From the NCBI RefSeq assembly GCF_036321535.1, contig NC_087437.1, positions 44,952,001 to 45,012,000 on the forward strand: 60,000 nt of DNA, written 5' to 3'. Numbering within the stretch: the stretch's first letter is position 1; each line of letters opens with the position of its first letter. Below are positions 26,139-38,189 of this stretch, piece after piece. This stretch comes from Camelus dromedarius. Lineage: Eukaryota. The position numbers were made by a program, and so were the translations under genes. Below the pieces are notes generated by a model. The model was not told where the DNA came from. It did not search any database and worked only from the letters and a program-made list of their open reading frames with translations.

Positions 26139-26738
26139 CAGCTATACTCAACTGGGGGCAATTTTGTCCTGTAAGGGACCATTCCGGCAGTCTGGAGACA
26201 TTTTTGGTTTTCACAACAGCTATGGACTGAACGTTTGTGTTCTCCCAAAATGCATATGTTAAAATCCTAACCTCAATGGGATAGTATTTGGAGATGGGCC
26301 TTTGGGAAGTAACGCAGGTTAGATTAGGTCATGCAGGTGGGGTCCTCTTGACGGGACTAATGTCCTTATGAAAAAGAAGAGAAGTCACAGATCACTCTGT
26401 GTGCATGCACAAGACCTTGTCAGACTATAACTAGGAAGCGACCTCTCACCAAGAATCTAACCACGCTGGCACCCTGCTCATGGAATTACAGCCTTCAGAA
26501 CTGTGAGAAATAAATATTTGTTGTTTAAGCCACCAGTCTATGGTATTCTACGACAGCAGCCCCATCTCACAGACAACTCAAGGAGGGGATGCTACTGGTA
26601 TCGAGTGGGTGGAGGTCAGGGATACTGCTAAACATGCTACAATGCACAGGACCGCGGCCACAATGAACAATTATCCCCCCACCCGCTCCCTGCCTGCTCT
26701 ACCGCCCAGTGTCAATAATGCAAGGCTGAGAAATCCTA
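26139..26738 (+). mobile_element. MER20 (hAT-Charlie) DNA transposon split by an MLT1 LTR
   Basis: cagctatactcaactgggggcaattttg…tctggagacatttttggttttcacaac / gctactggtatcgagtgggtggaggtcagggatactgctaaacat…gctgagaaatccta. Degenerate 8-bp TSD gtctaaag (26131-26138) / gtctggag (26739-26746). Confidence 0.85.
26218..26575 (+). mobile_element. MLT1A/B-type MaLR solo LTR
   Basis: gctatggactgaacgtttgtgttctcccaaaatgcatatgttaaaatcctaacc … cagaactgtgagaaataaatatttgttgtttaagccaccagtctatggtatt. Confidence 0.9.
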
Positions 26739-27180
26739 GTCTGGAGGCTCCTCCTTATTTCTTACTGCAATTTATTTTTTGAATAAACTGGATCATTTGT
26801 CCTATAGAATTTCCCACAGTATGTTGCTGATGACAAAACCATAGTATAATTTATGTATTTTTCTTTCCCTCATTATTTATTAGACATTAGATTGAGAAGC
26901 CTCATCAGATTCAGATTCAACGTTTTTTTTTTTTAGCAAAACTACTTTTTTTCATAGATAGTATTGTGTAATTCCATCAAGAGGTACATACAATCTCCTC
27001 CTCTCCTTCTCTCTCATCACTATAGGGAACTTTTGATGGTAAATGTCTATATCCATTCATAGAGGCCAAAAATGATAATACTGTATTTTTATAATTTCTT
27101 CACTTATTACAAACGTCACTGTTTCTTGGAAATATCTTTATGACGTTTGATATGAAAATAGCACTGCATAAAACACTTCC

Positions 27181-27202
27181 TCCTTCTGTATTTCTTTTTT
27201 AG
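27181..27202 (+). promoter_or_regulatory. NAALADL2: 3' splice acceptor of the last NAALADL2 intron
   Basis: Pyrimidine-rich tract ending in TAG immediately before the in-frame exon. Confidence 0.9.
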
Positions 27203-27401
27203 AAATATCCTGTATCACCTTGATGGGAAGACAAGCCAGTTTTCAATACTCCTGGAGGCTTGGGAGCACTGCAAGTCACTTGCATCAAATGAGACCCTTC
27301 AAGAAGCTGTGTCAGAGGTGCTGAACAGCATCAGTGCAGCTCAGCTTTACTTCAAAGCAGGACTCGATGTGTTCGAGAGTGTCTTAGTTGGAAAGAACTG
27401 A
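27203..27401 (+). CDS. NAALADL2: Last coding exon of N-acetylated alpha-linked acidic dipeptidase-like 2 (M28B/PSMA-TfR family, C-terminal end)
   Basis: Polypyrimidine tract + AG acceptor (tccttctgtatttcttttttag, AG at 27201-27202). Phase-2 exon: 65 open codons from 27204 (NILYHLDGKTSQFSILLEAWEHCKSLASNETLQEAVSEVLNSISAAQLYFKAGLDVFESVLVGKN), TGA at 27399-27401. Matches my recollection of the human NAALADL2 C-terminus (...YFKAGLDVFKSVLDGKN). Absent from the ORF track because it has no start codon. Confidence 0.92.
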
Positions 27402-29835
27402 GAAAACTCTCAGCATTTTAAAAAGTTTGTTTACAGTTCCTCAAGCGAAAGTTCTAATCTGACCAGATTTTCTGACATTAAAGACTTTTTCCCCCCAATG
27501 GCTTTTTATATAAGCATAAAGTTATTCTTACTTTGTATTTTTTTAATATACATGTAAAAAGAGCATTTTGCACATTTAATATTTTTCTTCATATCTATCT
27601 TTCTGATTATGCAAAAGCAAGTTATTGAAATAATAGTTAAGATTTATCTATTAAAAAGAAATCTGCTGTATTTTTATATATATATATATAAAAATATTTG
27701 GGGGGAAAATTTCCAAGATGTTTTAGACAATCTTTGCTCCTATGGGTAAAACACATAGAAACAGAAATTATTCCCTATGTTAGAGCTTTAATGACCTAGT
27801 CTCTGTCATAGAAGTGGCCAGTTGACATGGTTTCAGATTAACTTCACTATTAAGTATTCAACATGAAGAACAAGTATTCCGACGGAGTGACTGGTTGACC
27901 AAAACCACTTTGAATGTGTCTATTTTATGAAATGAAGTGCCTGTTCATAACACAACTAGATGTAGTAATACACTGGTTATGAAATTGTATTTTTTTAAAG
28001 TATTAATGAAAAAAAGAGCCATAAACATTCCAGGGGAAAATCTCAAGGTAGCTGCACAGAGCAATTTAAATGTAAATTTTTTTTCCCCTAACAACTCATA
28101 AGCTTAGTAGCTTTGAAGCCCCTGATTTGTCTCAGTTGATTCTATAAAAATTTCAGGAGTGATGTATATCTTATGCAGGAGGAAACGTCTCTTATTTCCT
28201 CCTGTGTCATTTCCATTGGAAGCACTGAAACAGAGCTACTCTAAAATGAAAGCATCGCACATCACCTCTCCCCCTTCGTGTACTTTTCTTGAACTTGCTG
28301 CAAGGCAGTTTTCACAGAATACCGTGTAATTTTCACAGGAAAGTAGCAAATTTTTTCTTCGAAAAATCCCGAAATATCTGAAAAAGCATCAAATTCCTAT
28401 TTCTGCCAACAAAAAGACTTACTATGAACAAAATAGTTGTATTGATCAACGAAAACCTCCTTAAGTCTACAAAGAAACTGGATATTTTTCCCATGTTTAT
28501 CCTTAATTGTGACTGAGATGACAACATAGAAAATATTCATGCTTCTACTTTTATGCAGAAAATATGGTGTTACTGTAAGAGTGTGTCTTTCCCACACTTC
28601 AGTTTTTTTCTCATGTTGAAAATGCAGCTTGTCTACTGACATTGTCATCAAGTGGCCTTAGTATCCTCTCTTCCCCAAGACCCCAGAATTCTACTAGGTG
28701 GCAATTTAAACTTTTAGCTTACCTTTAAAAATTGATTTGGTATTGGATAAAGCAGTTCCCCTTAGGAGACATCCTCAGACCATCTCATGTGAATTATTTC
28801 TCTGCAACACAACATTCAAACCCACGTTCCCACCATACACCTCCAGAGCAACTTCACAGACACTGCCCAGATGTCAAAGTCTTCACTTCTTATGGATGAA
28901 CATGAACGTAATCATTGTTTAAAGGAAAACTAAGAATGTGGGGAAAGAATTCATCAGTTTTGATTAATTGATTTATAAGGGTCAGCTGTTCCTACCATAA
29001 GTAATGTTCATACGCTTAAGGCAAAGAAGAGAATTGAGGCAATTAGCTCTATAATTCAGGCAGGAATGTGTTTCCATCTGAACTGCCTGTGTGCACATAT
29101 TTTACATAAGAAATGCAACTACCTTACAACACAGATTTCTTAACCAATGTATGTTAATGTTTGTTTGAAAGTATTTGCCATGTGGAGCAATGTCTACAGC
29201 AAAGGGCTAAAGAACCAAGCCCCCACATGCCTCAACATCACTGGCCTCTCTTGCTCCAGAGAAAACAGCAGAAAAGACATAGGAGGAATACACATATAGA
29301 TGCCTGTCAGGTCAAATAATAGGATACCTTGTACCAAAGGAGCTGAAATACTGAATCAAGGTTCAGTGTGTTCCTTCCAGTTCTTCCTTTGGAATTGAAT
29401 TAAAAACTAAGACAAATAATCATCAGTGTGGTAGTTTATCCTTTTGGGACAAAATCCTAGGTCAGTTCAGTCTCTTCATTTGTTAATAGTGTTGAAAGAG
29501 CACAAAATGTACGTTTGTTTGAAGGTTGTGTACTTTTAGCTAAACCACACTGCACGGATCGAAACCTCACTATTCTGTGTTTTTAACTTCTAAATGATAT
29601 GGTATTTTCTATTTGAAAACTGAAGTTAACTATGGACTAACATGTTTTTATTAGACTGTTTAAGAGATTATGTGAAGAAACTGAATTGAAACGGACGTCC
29701 ACAAGTCTACAAATGCTGCTCTATATCTCTGACTGCAACAAACCTCTTAACGAGGAACGTTACTGCTATAGTCTGATTAACTCAGGGTTTCTTCAAATTT
29801 CTATGATTTTAATTTTTCCTTAATAGATCCAAGTA

Positions 29836-29841
29836 AATAAA
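29836..29841 (+). terminator. Proximal polyadenylation signal AATAAA
   Basis: aagtaAATAAAatcctatgcaagttaacatgtgttttcag; GT/T-rich element about 20-30 nt downstream. Confidence 0.6.
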
Positions 29842-30559
29842 ATCCTATGCAAGTTAACATGTGTTTTCAGTAAGTTGGTAGTAGGTTTAATTTGTTGCTG
29901 AGATATCTGGGTGCCTGGTACGTCTCATAATCCTTCATGCATAATAGTGTACCAGGACATAATGAATCAGAAATGGTTATTCTCCAAAGAAAATGTGGCA
30001 GATGTGCACCACTGCAGTTCTGAGTATAGGCAAGGTACACATGGGATGCTGCCCTCTGTGAAAAAGTACAGATTCCAGAGTCAAAGGGAAGCCTGAGACA
30101 TCCTGGTCTAAGCCCCGGAAGGTCACATTCAGGGAGGGAAAGCGTCAGTGCCCCCGTCAGATGCAGCAACTGAAGACAAAGTGATTCAGGAACTGGGGTA
30201 GAGTTACCCCAGCTGGTAACAAAAGTGCTGCTAGAATTTAAGCCTCTTTGCTTTCTCATGCAGAGTATCTCACACTTTCTCGGGGGTAATAGGGTTATAA
30301 ATATTTTCCAGTACATTCTATGTAACCAGCCATTGAATCAGATGCTGTGTGGGCTGCAATCACTGCTTCTTAAGTTAAGGACGAGTTCATTCTCTGACTA
30401 TACCTAACACACATGACTGTCCCAGGGGAACCACGCAAAGGGCACACAGACTGGGTACTTGAGGGAGGTGGAGAGAGTCTCCACGTGGCACCCACAGTCA
30501 GGAAGGACAGCACTGAGGAAAATGCTCTTCTGAGAGGACATGTTAGCCCTACGTTAAAT

Positions 30560-30670
30560 CAGCACTCCTCCAAATGTGGATTTTGGGGAAGGAAGTCTAA
30601 GATTCTTGACCTTCAGCAAGCTTTCCCCGATGATCCCTATGTACACTGATGTTTAAGAATTTCTCATCTA
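30560..30670 (+). mobile_element. MER5-like hAT remnant in the 3' UTR
   Basis: caagctttccccgatgatccctatgtacactgatgtttaagaatttctcatcta resembles the MER5 terminus. Confidence 0.45.
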
Positions 30671-30834
30671 CGTTAATCCTGGGTCCTGAGAAAACATTAG
30701 TTGGCAGTATATCTAAAGAACTTGAAGAGTCACAATAATAAGAGATACCTACAGCTTTGCTATTAATGGCACGGTTAAAAAAAAAAAACAGGAACCATTC
30801 TGTCTCTCAATAAAGGATACAGACACAGCGAACA

Positions 30835-31050
30835 CCTGTGCCTGCTACGTGTCAGGCGCTGTTCTAGACTTTTTAACCTATTTGTTTTTTTTTTTCCTGA
30901 GTGAATCCTTATGATAACCCATTTTCGAAAACGGGGAAACCTGGTTGAGTGACTTGTCCAAAGTTCCACAGCTAATAAAGAGGGGTCAACGCACGTGTCT
31001 CTGCTGGGCCCTCTGGGGACCAGACCCAGGTTCTTCACACTGGGTGCTGC
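30835..31050 (-). mobile_element. MIR SINE in the 3' UTR
   Basis: ctacgtgtcaggcgctgttctag…cccatttt…ggggaaac…gttgagtgacttgtccaaagttccacagctaataa. Confidence 0.75.
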
Positions 31051-34000
31051 AGAAAGTGTCAGAAGAAATCTTTTGGTTACAGAAAGTGATATAATCGACA
31101 ACTCTCATGTATTTTTGCACAACTGTGTCATCTGCCACTTCACTGGTTTAATGGAGGCGTTGGAAGAAACAAACTACATCATTGCTCACGACGGTTGTCC
31201 ACCCCAACGGTGGTGTACATCGTAGATAAATTAGACAGTATCTGTGTGCACATCACAAAAATAAGTATACCACTGTAGAGCACCATGCCAACTAGATGTA
31301 AGATTATGCAAAACAGACCAGAAGCTACGTGTCTCATAAATTCTTCCTCATAATGCCCATACAATTTCACTGGGGCCGGGGGGGGGGGGGGGGAATAAAA
31401 AAGAACAGGTGCTGGGATTTACAACCAGTTTTATCCCATTCTCGTAACTCAGAATAACTAACTGAAGGTTCCCCCATTGGAAAGATAAGTGATGCAAAAA
31501 TAAAATAGATGATTTGTGACCATCTGTCCAATGATGAATCAGCATCTTTGCCTCAAGTGAAAAACTTAATTATTTTCATACGTGGTAGACCCAGCCAAAC
31601 ATGTTCTCCTGAGACATCCTGTGGTATGTGTAATTAATTACTCTAAAAATTAAGCATTCTCTGAAGGTAGCCCATTGTCATCTCATTGGTTTAAAGGGCT
31701 ATTTAAATGTGCCCTGGCCTCACATTCCCTCAATAGAAAGGAATTATTTTAAACTGCCAGTCCATGTGTTGGACAGAAGGGAAATGGGTCATATATTCCA
31801 AAGGAGACATCAGCAGCATTAACAGTTCCATCACAGAAGCACAGATGAAACCCAGGAGAGAAAACAAACGATGTGCTATTAGAGCAAAGAAATATTCTGC
31901 CCAGCTGCCCTCATGGATCTGTATTTCCTGCATGAGTTTAAATTGCTAGCTTAAAAAAGCCTCATTAGAATCTGCTACTCTGGAAGATCTTCAGCTTCAC
32001 AGATTTCTAAGCACCCCATTAAGTGTAAATACTTTTCACTTAAGTGGGTTTGTTTCATGCAGTTTAGAGCTTCAAGTGGGGTAAATTTAAAAGGGGAGTT
32101 GCAAAAGAATTTTTTTTTAACGTAGCCCTTTTTGGTCACCACCATGTCCATTCGGTTTTGTTTTCTCTTTCTAGATGGACTCTAGCAATGGGATTAGGGT
32201 TTTTTTTTTGTTTTGTTTTGTTTTTTTAACTCTCAGAAAATAATTTTAAGTTCTGTTCATCTCCATATACATTTATCTGTTAATCAGCCAAATGTTAATC
32301 ATTTCATTTCCATAATACCTTTCTATTATCCTTCAAAGATATACACTGAAATGCCATTAGCATTCCTGGGACCACCAAGAATCTTGAGACCTTGCTGATC
32401 TTGAGATGGTGTATTTCTTGAAGACATTTATGCTCTCATATTCAGATTGTACCTGAACTTGGAAAGCAAACGGTTAAACTGAAGCACTTTCAGGCAGCAT
32501 TCAAGAAAAAGACGCTCCTGCAAATTTTCATGGGCCCTGGTTAGATTATTTTGTATTTGAATTACATAGTTACGCCATTTTCTGTAATCAAAATGATAAT
32601 TTGGATTTTTTAGCCAAAATCCAATCATTGAGGCCAAAGAAAAGCCTGGCTACTCTAATTTCTCGAGCAGGATCTGTCAAGAATTAACTCAGTTAATTGC
32701 AGTTGATTCAACGCCTACATCTAGACAAAGCATCCGTTTGAGTGTAGACAGAGCCTAACAGTATTCCGTCCAATGCCTTTGATGTCTTAAGCCAATAAGC
32801 ACTGGGGTAGCTTTTCTCAGAAGGAAGCAGGTTTTATTTTCCAGGGGCTAATTAGTATGTACCACCTCAGTCCCAAAAGGACCACACAGGTGCCTGCACT
32901 ATGCCATATGTCGTGCGCTATATGCCAGCAAGCTCAAGAGATTAATACACAATCATTAGTATGAATTATCATGTTGTACTGAAGTTAATGGCGGTCTTTT
33001 GTTCTAATTAAAGTACAAACTTGGCATCTGAACAGAAGCCTAGCTAGAGAACTGGAGTTGGAGTCTCTATTTTAATGAACTCCATATATTTTTCAATCAA
33101 AATGTATAATTATTTAATTATCTGGCCTGCTCAGTAAGTATAACTGCAATTTCTTCAAAGAATCTTTATGAAATATATTAACGATGCAGGTGGACATTCC
33201 TTGGAGTATGTTTTATCTTTTGAAATTCTTAGCCATTTTTGAATCATGCCTTCAGTATATGTGATAACGTTTTATTAATATTAATAATTTGTTTACCTTT
33301 ATATTAAGCTGCTGCAAATGGACCACCTTAGTCTGAAAGTCAGAAAAAAATGCTATTACTCTATAAAGACAAGTTTGCTGTATCTGTTTAGTGAGAAACA
33401 ACATTTTACTACACTATCGCAAGTTGTCTCCAGGAATCAAATGCGCAGATGGTTAAGTGGAGCTCACATAATTAAAGTCCAAAGATGTTTCAAGTAATTC
33501 CATTTAGAAGCTGAGCTAGGACTCTACTAGGTGATTTTGTATTTACATTTCACACAGAAAGGTTTAATGGCAAATACATCCTCCACATTCAAACTTGCTA
33601 CATGGAGAATATGAATAGAATTGTATTCAGAAAAGAAAAAGCTTTCTAAGACATTCTGAAGGGCTAATTTACTTTTATAGACACCTAGAAAAATCGGCAC
33701 ATCATTGATAAGAATTTCACATGTGTTTGGAATGGTGAGATACACCATGGATTTTTTTTAAGCTGTGTCAGCAGTATGACAATATTTATTAGATACATGA
33801 AATTTTACAATGAATAAAATTTCTCAGTTGTGTAATAAAAATTCTAGCCCTAAAATAAAGAATGGTGATGAGCAGAAGATTTATTAGTTAACTTGGGACC
33901 AAATTTGGAACACAATCTCTCCAATTAAATTTGCTTTGATTAAAAAACAAATCTCTCTCAAGGGGTGTCCTCATTACTAAATTGCACTGAACTGTTATTA

Positions 34001-34604
34001 GTGTTGAATATTGTTCAAAGTAATTAGATTATTATCTGTGATTTGGAAATATTTTCATTGTATAGAAATTCTTTGTCAGTGAACTTGTTATGATTGATTT
34101 TGAATGACTCATTTGCTGTGAATGATTCTGAATGACTGATTTAGAGGCATGTGTCTGTAGTTTCTTAATTACTATAAAGTGTTGAATGTCTAATTTCTGT
34201 AACGTTTGGATGCCCATCAGGAATCTAGCGCTTTCTATATTCAGCCCAATTGTGATTTCAATTTATTTTACAACTTTTTATGTATTATTCACAAGACTCA
34301 ATATGCAGCTTACTTAGGAAAGTATGTTGTGATCTGGTGTGACCAAAAAAATGGATTGGACTACATCCATTAAGAATATAAATGAATATTTTATATTTTG
34401 GTTGCTTAAATATTTGCACATAATTGAAAACCTAGTACTATGAAATGAAGGTTTCTTTTAAGAACTATTTTCTGATTCACAAATACAATGAGTATGTACC
34501 GTGAAATGGTAATATTTAAAATGCTCATTTAAAATATATTAAATACAGGTGAAAATCATTGCCATACTGTGTTTTGTTATAAGATACATATTTTAAATAT
34601 GTAA

Positions 34605-34610
34605 AATAAA
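34605..34610 (+). terminator. Distal polyadenylation signal AATAAA
   Basis: gtaaAATAAAttagttatctgtatgtattgtt...tatgtaatgtgtatg; U-rich upstream, GT-rich downstream, at the end of the repeat-poor block. Confidence 0.5.
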
Positions 34611-34919
34611 TTAGTTATCTGTATGTATTGTTAATGAATTATCTTTATGTAATGTGTATGACAACAAAACAGGAGGAAGCCTTGTTGAGGGAACATTCTG
34701 CACGACTTTATCATCCTTCTCTCCTTTGCCTTCCATTTTTTTCTCATGTATACAGTTCTTATATTGGACCATTTTGCTTTGCAGTTTGTGCCAAGTTCTA
34801 ACACCAAGTAACAGCATTTCTATCAGCTATACTGCGGAGGAGTTTTGTTTCCTTGAATTTGCTCTAAAAATTGTCAGTTCTTTATCACCCAAAAGGATCT
34901 CTATTTGCATGATACGGTA

Positions 34920-35050
34920 GATTTCACTCATCTATTCATTCAGCAAATGATTACAAAGAGTCTGTTCTAGGCCAGGCACTGTATTAAGTGCTAGATACAC
35001 AAAGATGATGAGCACAGCTTCACCTTCTAGCATTTCACAGCCGAACAAAA
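34920..35050 (-). mobile_element. L2 3' end
   Basis: tcattcagcaaatgatt…ctaggccaggcactgtattaagtgctagatacacaaagatga. Confidence 0.7.
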
Positions 35051-36879
35051 TATTACACTTCAGTTTAACTAATGGCAATATTCGATTCAGAGGGACTCAT
35101 GGAGAGTGTCGTTTGCTGCAAGGATATTGACAGGGCAGGGACAGCTTAAAGGCACCATATGTTCAGGCTACATACCTGTCTCACTGCCCAATTTGTCCTC
35201 TTCAAGTCTTCCTTATGTTAGTAAATACGCGGGCATCTCCAAAAAACAGGAATCATCTTTGATCCTTTTATTTCTCTCACTTCCTACATCCAGTCTATCA
35301 GCAAGTTGTGTTGGTTCTGCTGCAAAATATAGCCCAGACTTACACATTTCTCCAGCTCTACTGCCACCATCCTACCCAGCACTTCCCCTTCCCTGCACTG
35401 CACTAGACATTATAAGGATTTCAAGTGAAGGGAATATTCAAACAGGAAAATGACTACTATAACAAAAAGGTAAATTTTAGGTACTATTTCTCAGATCAGG
35501 TAACTGCAGAAAACTGCTACTGACCTTAGAGCTAGAAACGCATGAAGGAGGAAACCTGAGATGGCCCAGGAGCCAACATTCTACTCACACTCCCGGGAAC
35601 TTTGTTACTGCTGCTGGTGGACCCACCACAGTGTTGATCAGAAGTCTGGGATCCTGTACTTCCCATACCTCCCCTACTGGAAGCCGGAAAAACAATCTTC
35701 CAACTTTTTTGACTTTTACTCTCTTTAAGTGCCTGTCCTTGGCAGATCAAATGGGAACAGGGCTACATGAGAGGCTCTGAAATGTGAATTTCTGCTTCCA
35801 GCCCTGGCATTACAGGGGAGGAGGTAGGTGGGTGGGCATGGGACCGAGTCCACACAGATCATGGCTACTTTAATCTCCAAATGGCTCTCAATTCTTCTTT
35901 GAATGAGTGAGCATACCTAACTCACTCACACACGTGTATCAAGATCCCTTGATTTCTCTCCCCTTAGTCTATGGGTGTCACTTAATCACATCATCTACTG
36001 TAATCCGAAATGACTGGAGTGTGATTTTCCTACACTTGATAACAAAATGACTAGCTGTAAGGCAGAGCTACGAGAGTAGAAGACATGCAAACACATAGCA
36101 GTAGCAAAGCCTTAAGTCTTAGAGGCCTAAATAAGGTGGTAAGAGAGCAGAGAGTAAAAATAATTAAATCTTGTAGATGCTTTAAGAAAGGTTTCTCAAG
36201 GGAAAGTGCTTAAGTTGAGTCTGGAGAGTGAATAGAAGTCCTTCGGGGGAAAAGAAGAAGAACAGCATTACCGAAGAGGGGAGCTGTGTGTGGGGTCCCA
36301 CAGGAGAGAAGAGACAGGGCATTCCCATACTTCTCTGCTTTGAAGTCTTTTTTTTTTTTCTCAACTTCAGCAAAAATTACCATTTGATATTGTGGTTTTT
36401 GTGGGAAGATCAACCTCCAGAATGCTTATTAGTTTAGATGCCATTTGACATTATAAATACTTAAAGTGACTTACTTACATATGGTACAGACTGAACAGAT
36501 TTCCTTCACAATATAGAAGTCATGGTGGTTTTCCATCATATTCAGCATAAAGCCCTAATGTCTTAGGATAATACCCAAGATCTTTCCTGGTGGACTCTCA
36601 CTCCCACCTCTTCCTCCATGCTGGCCTCGTCTCCCTCTCATGTCTTAAACTCCAGCCACATTGAATGTCCTGAATTTTCCCATTCACACCATGCTTTCTC
36701 ATGTTGCAACACCTGTGTGACTTCTTTCATTCTTTCAATAAGACAACCTTCCAGCCACCAATTCCCATATGATACACACCTTTAATCTCCAAAATAAATC
36801 TTGTAAAGTCATTTCAAACCTTACTTGTAAAATATTATTCAAACCTGCCTTATAGCACAAAAGAAAAAAAGCTCACATG

Positions 36880-37250
36880 CAAATCTTCATCCCCTCATTT
36901 TTAGATGTAGAGGAACAAAGAATCACCACATAGCTGAAAAAAGCCTAAAACAGAACTGAAGAATCAAAATCAACAAATGCCTAAGGAAAAAGAGATAATC
37001 CAAGGAAAAGAGAATCTCCCCAAATTGTTAGTTAATATGTATGATAAATTATTTTCACAATATAATTAAGATAACCAGAAAGAACAGAAGTTCTTACAAA
37101 TAAAATATGGTTATAAAAATAAAACAGGCCATGAAATGAACATAAGAAGCCATTTTCCCAGGAAAAAAATACATTTTCCCAGGAAAAAATATGGCAGAGA
37201 ACTAAAAAACAAAGAATATCAATCCAGGAAGTTCAACAAAATATAAATCA
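36880..37250 (+). mobile_element. HAL1/L1ME-type ORF1 relic (continues at ~44135-44318 and ~46184-46300)
   Basis: atcaatccaggaagttcaaca | gagagtttgtaataaaaaaaacagaaaaaatggagggagaagac… reads as one collinear, very old ORF1-type sequence across later insertions. Confidence 0.5.
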
Positions 37251-38189
37251 ACCAGTGCTTGAATTCATAAAGAATTAACAGTTTTGGACATTACCCTCCC
37301 ACTACAAAGAACTGAAAAACAGGAGAAACTATAGGAAACAATGTTTCTGGACATTTAGACAAAAAGAAACCCAGGGATGAAGTGCCTGAGGGAAGGGAAA
37401 CAAATAAGGTGAGCCCTTAACTGCCCCCGCTTACTGCCGAAGGCACTTTCCATGATGCAATACAACGAGGAGGGTGATCGGGAGGAGGATATTGGACAGA
37501 GGAGTTTTAAATATCTGGAGACAGGAACCTTGACCTGAATACTGATATCATATGTATTGGATGGAATCCCAGGAAGCTACTAAAGAACAACCAGAAAACA
37601 GGAGGCTGAACAAGCTCTGGGCTGGGACAGGTGGAAAAGCTGTAACATCCAGGGGCATGGGCAAGACTACTCAAAAGGAGACTTTCCTGGTAACAAGAAA
37701 AATTAATCCCAGGTCAAAGGCTGCTCTAGACACTTCCAAATCAAGCTAAAACCAAACCTTTACAGGATTAAACTATTACTTACTAATTTAACTACACACT
37801 TGAACAACATACAACACATTAGAAATACAAGAAAATGTAATACCTCAAAATATAAAGCTACATACAATGTGAGGCATCCAATAAGTAATTGCATAGGAAC
37901 AAGAAAATATGAATGACATATAATTAGAGTAAAAACCAACTAATTGAAAGAAATTAGAAATAACAGAAGTTATGGAATTAATAGCTAACAGTATGAAAAA
38001 GTTATTATAATAGTCTCCCTATGCTCAAAATATTAAGGGAAATATAAAATTTATGAGGAAAGAAATGGAAGTTATAAAAAAGACCTAGATAAAACTTCTA
38101 GAAGTGTGGAGAAATAAAAAATTTCCACATAAACTCAAAGGATTAACAGTAAATTGTATACTGAAGAAAAGAAATCAATGAAATTAAAA

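Larger units (their letters stand above)
25775..27110 (-). mobile_element. Ancient L1ME-type 3' end, interrupted by MER20/MLT1
   Basis: tcaaacatatacaaagggagagaacagtataatgaatcc; resumes after 26746 with gatcatttgtcctatagaatttcccacagt. Confidence 0.6.
27402..34630 (+). other. NAALADL2: Candidate NAALADL2 3' UTR (short form to ~29860, long form to ~33850 or ~34630)
   Basis: Follows the stop codon. AU-rich and nearly free of young repeats over ~7 kb, unlike both flanks. Several AATAAA signals with GT-rich downstream sequence. The ends are inferred. Confidence 0.6.

Noticed and set aside
1..27180. Additional upstream NAALADL2 exons or an antisense lncRNA
   Set aside because: No segment with splice sites and NAALADL2-like translation was recognised; a lncRNA cannot be supported from sequence alone.
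29867..30316. 149-aa minus-strand ORF antisense to the 3' UTR
   Set aside because: No recognisable domain, Leu/Cys/Ser-rich composition typical of non-coding frames, no splice or promoter support.
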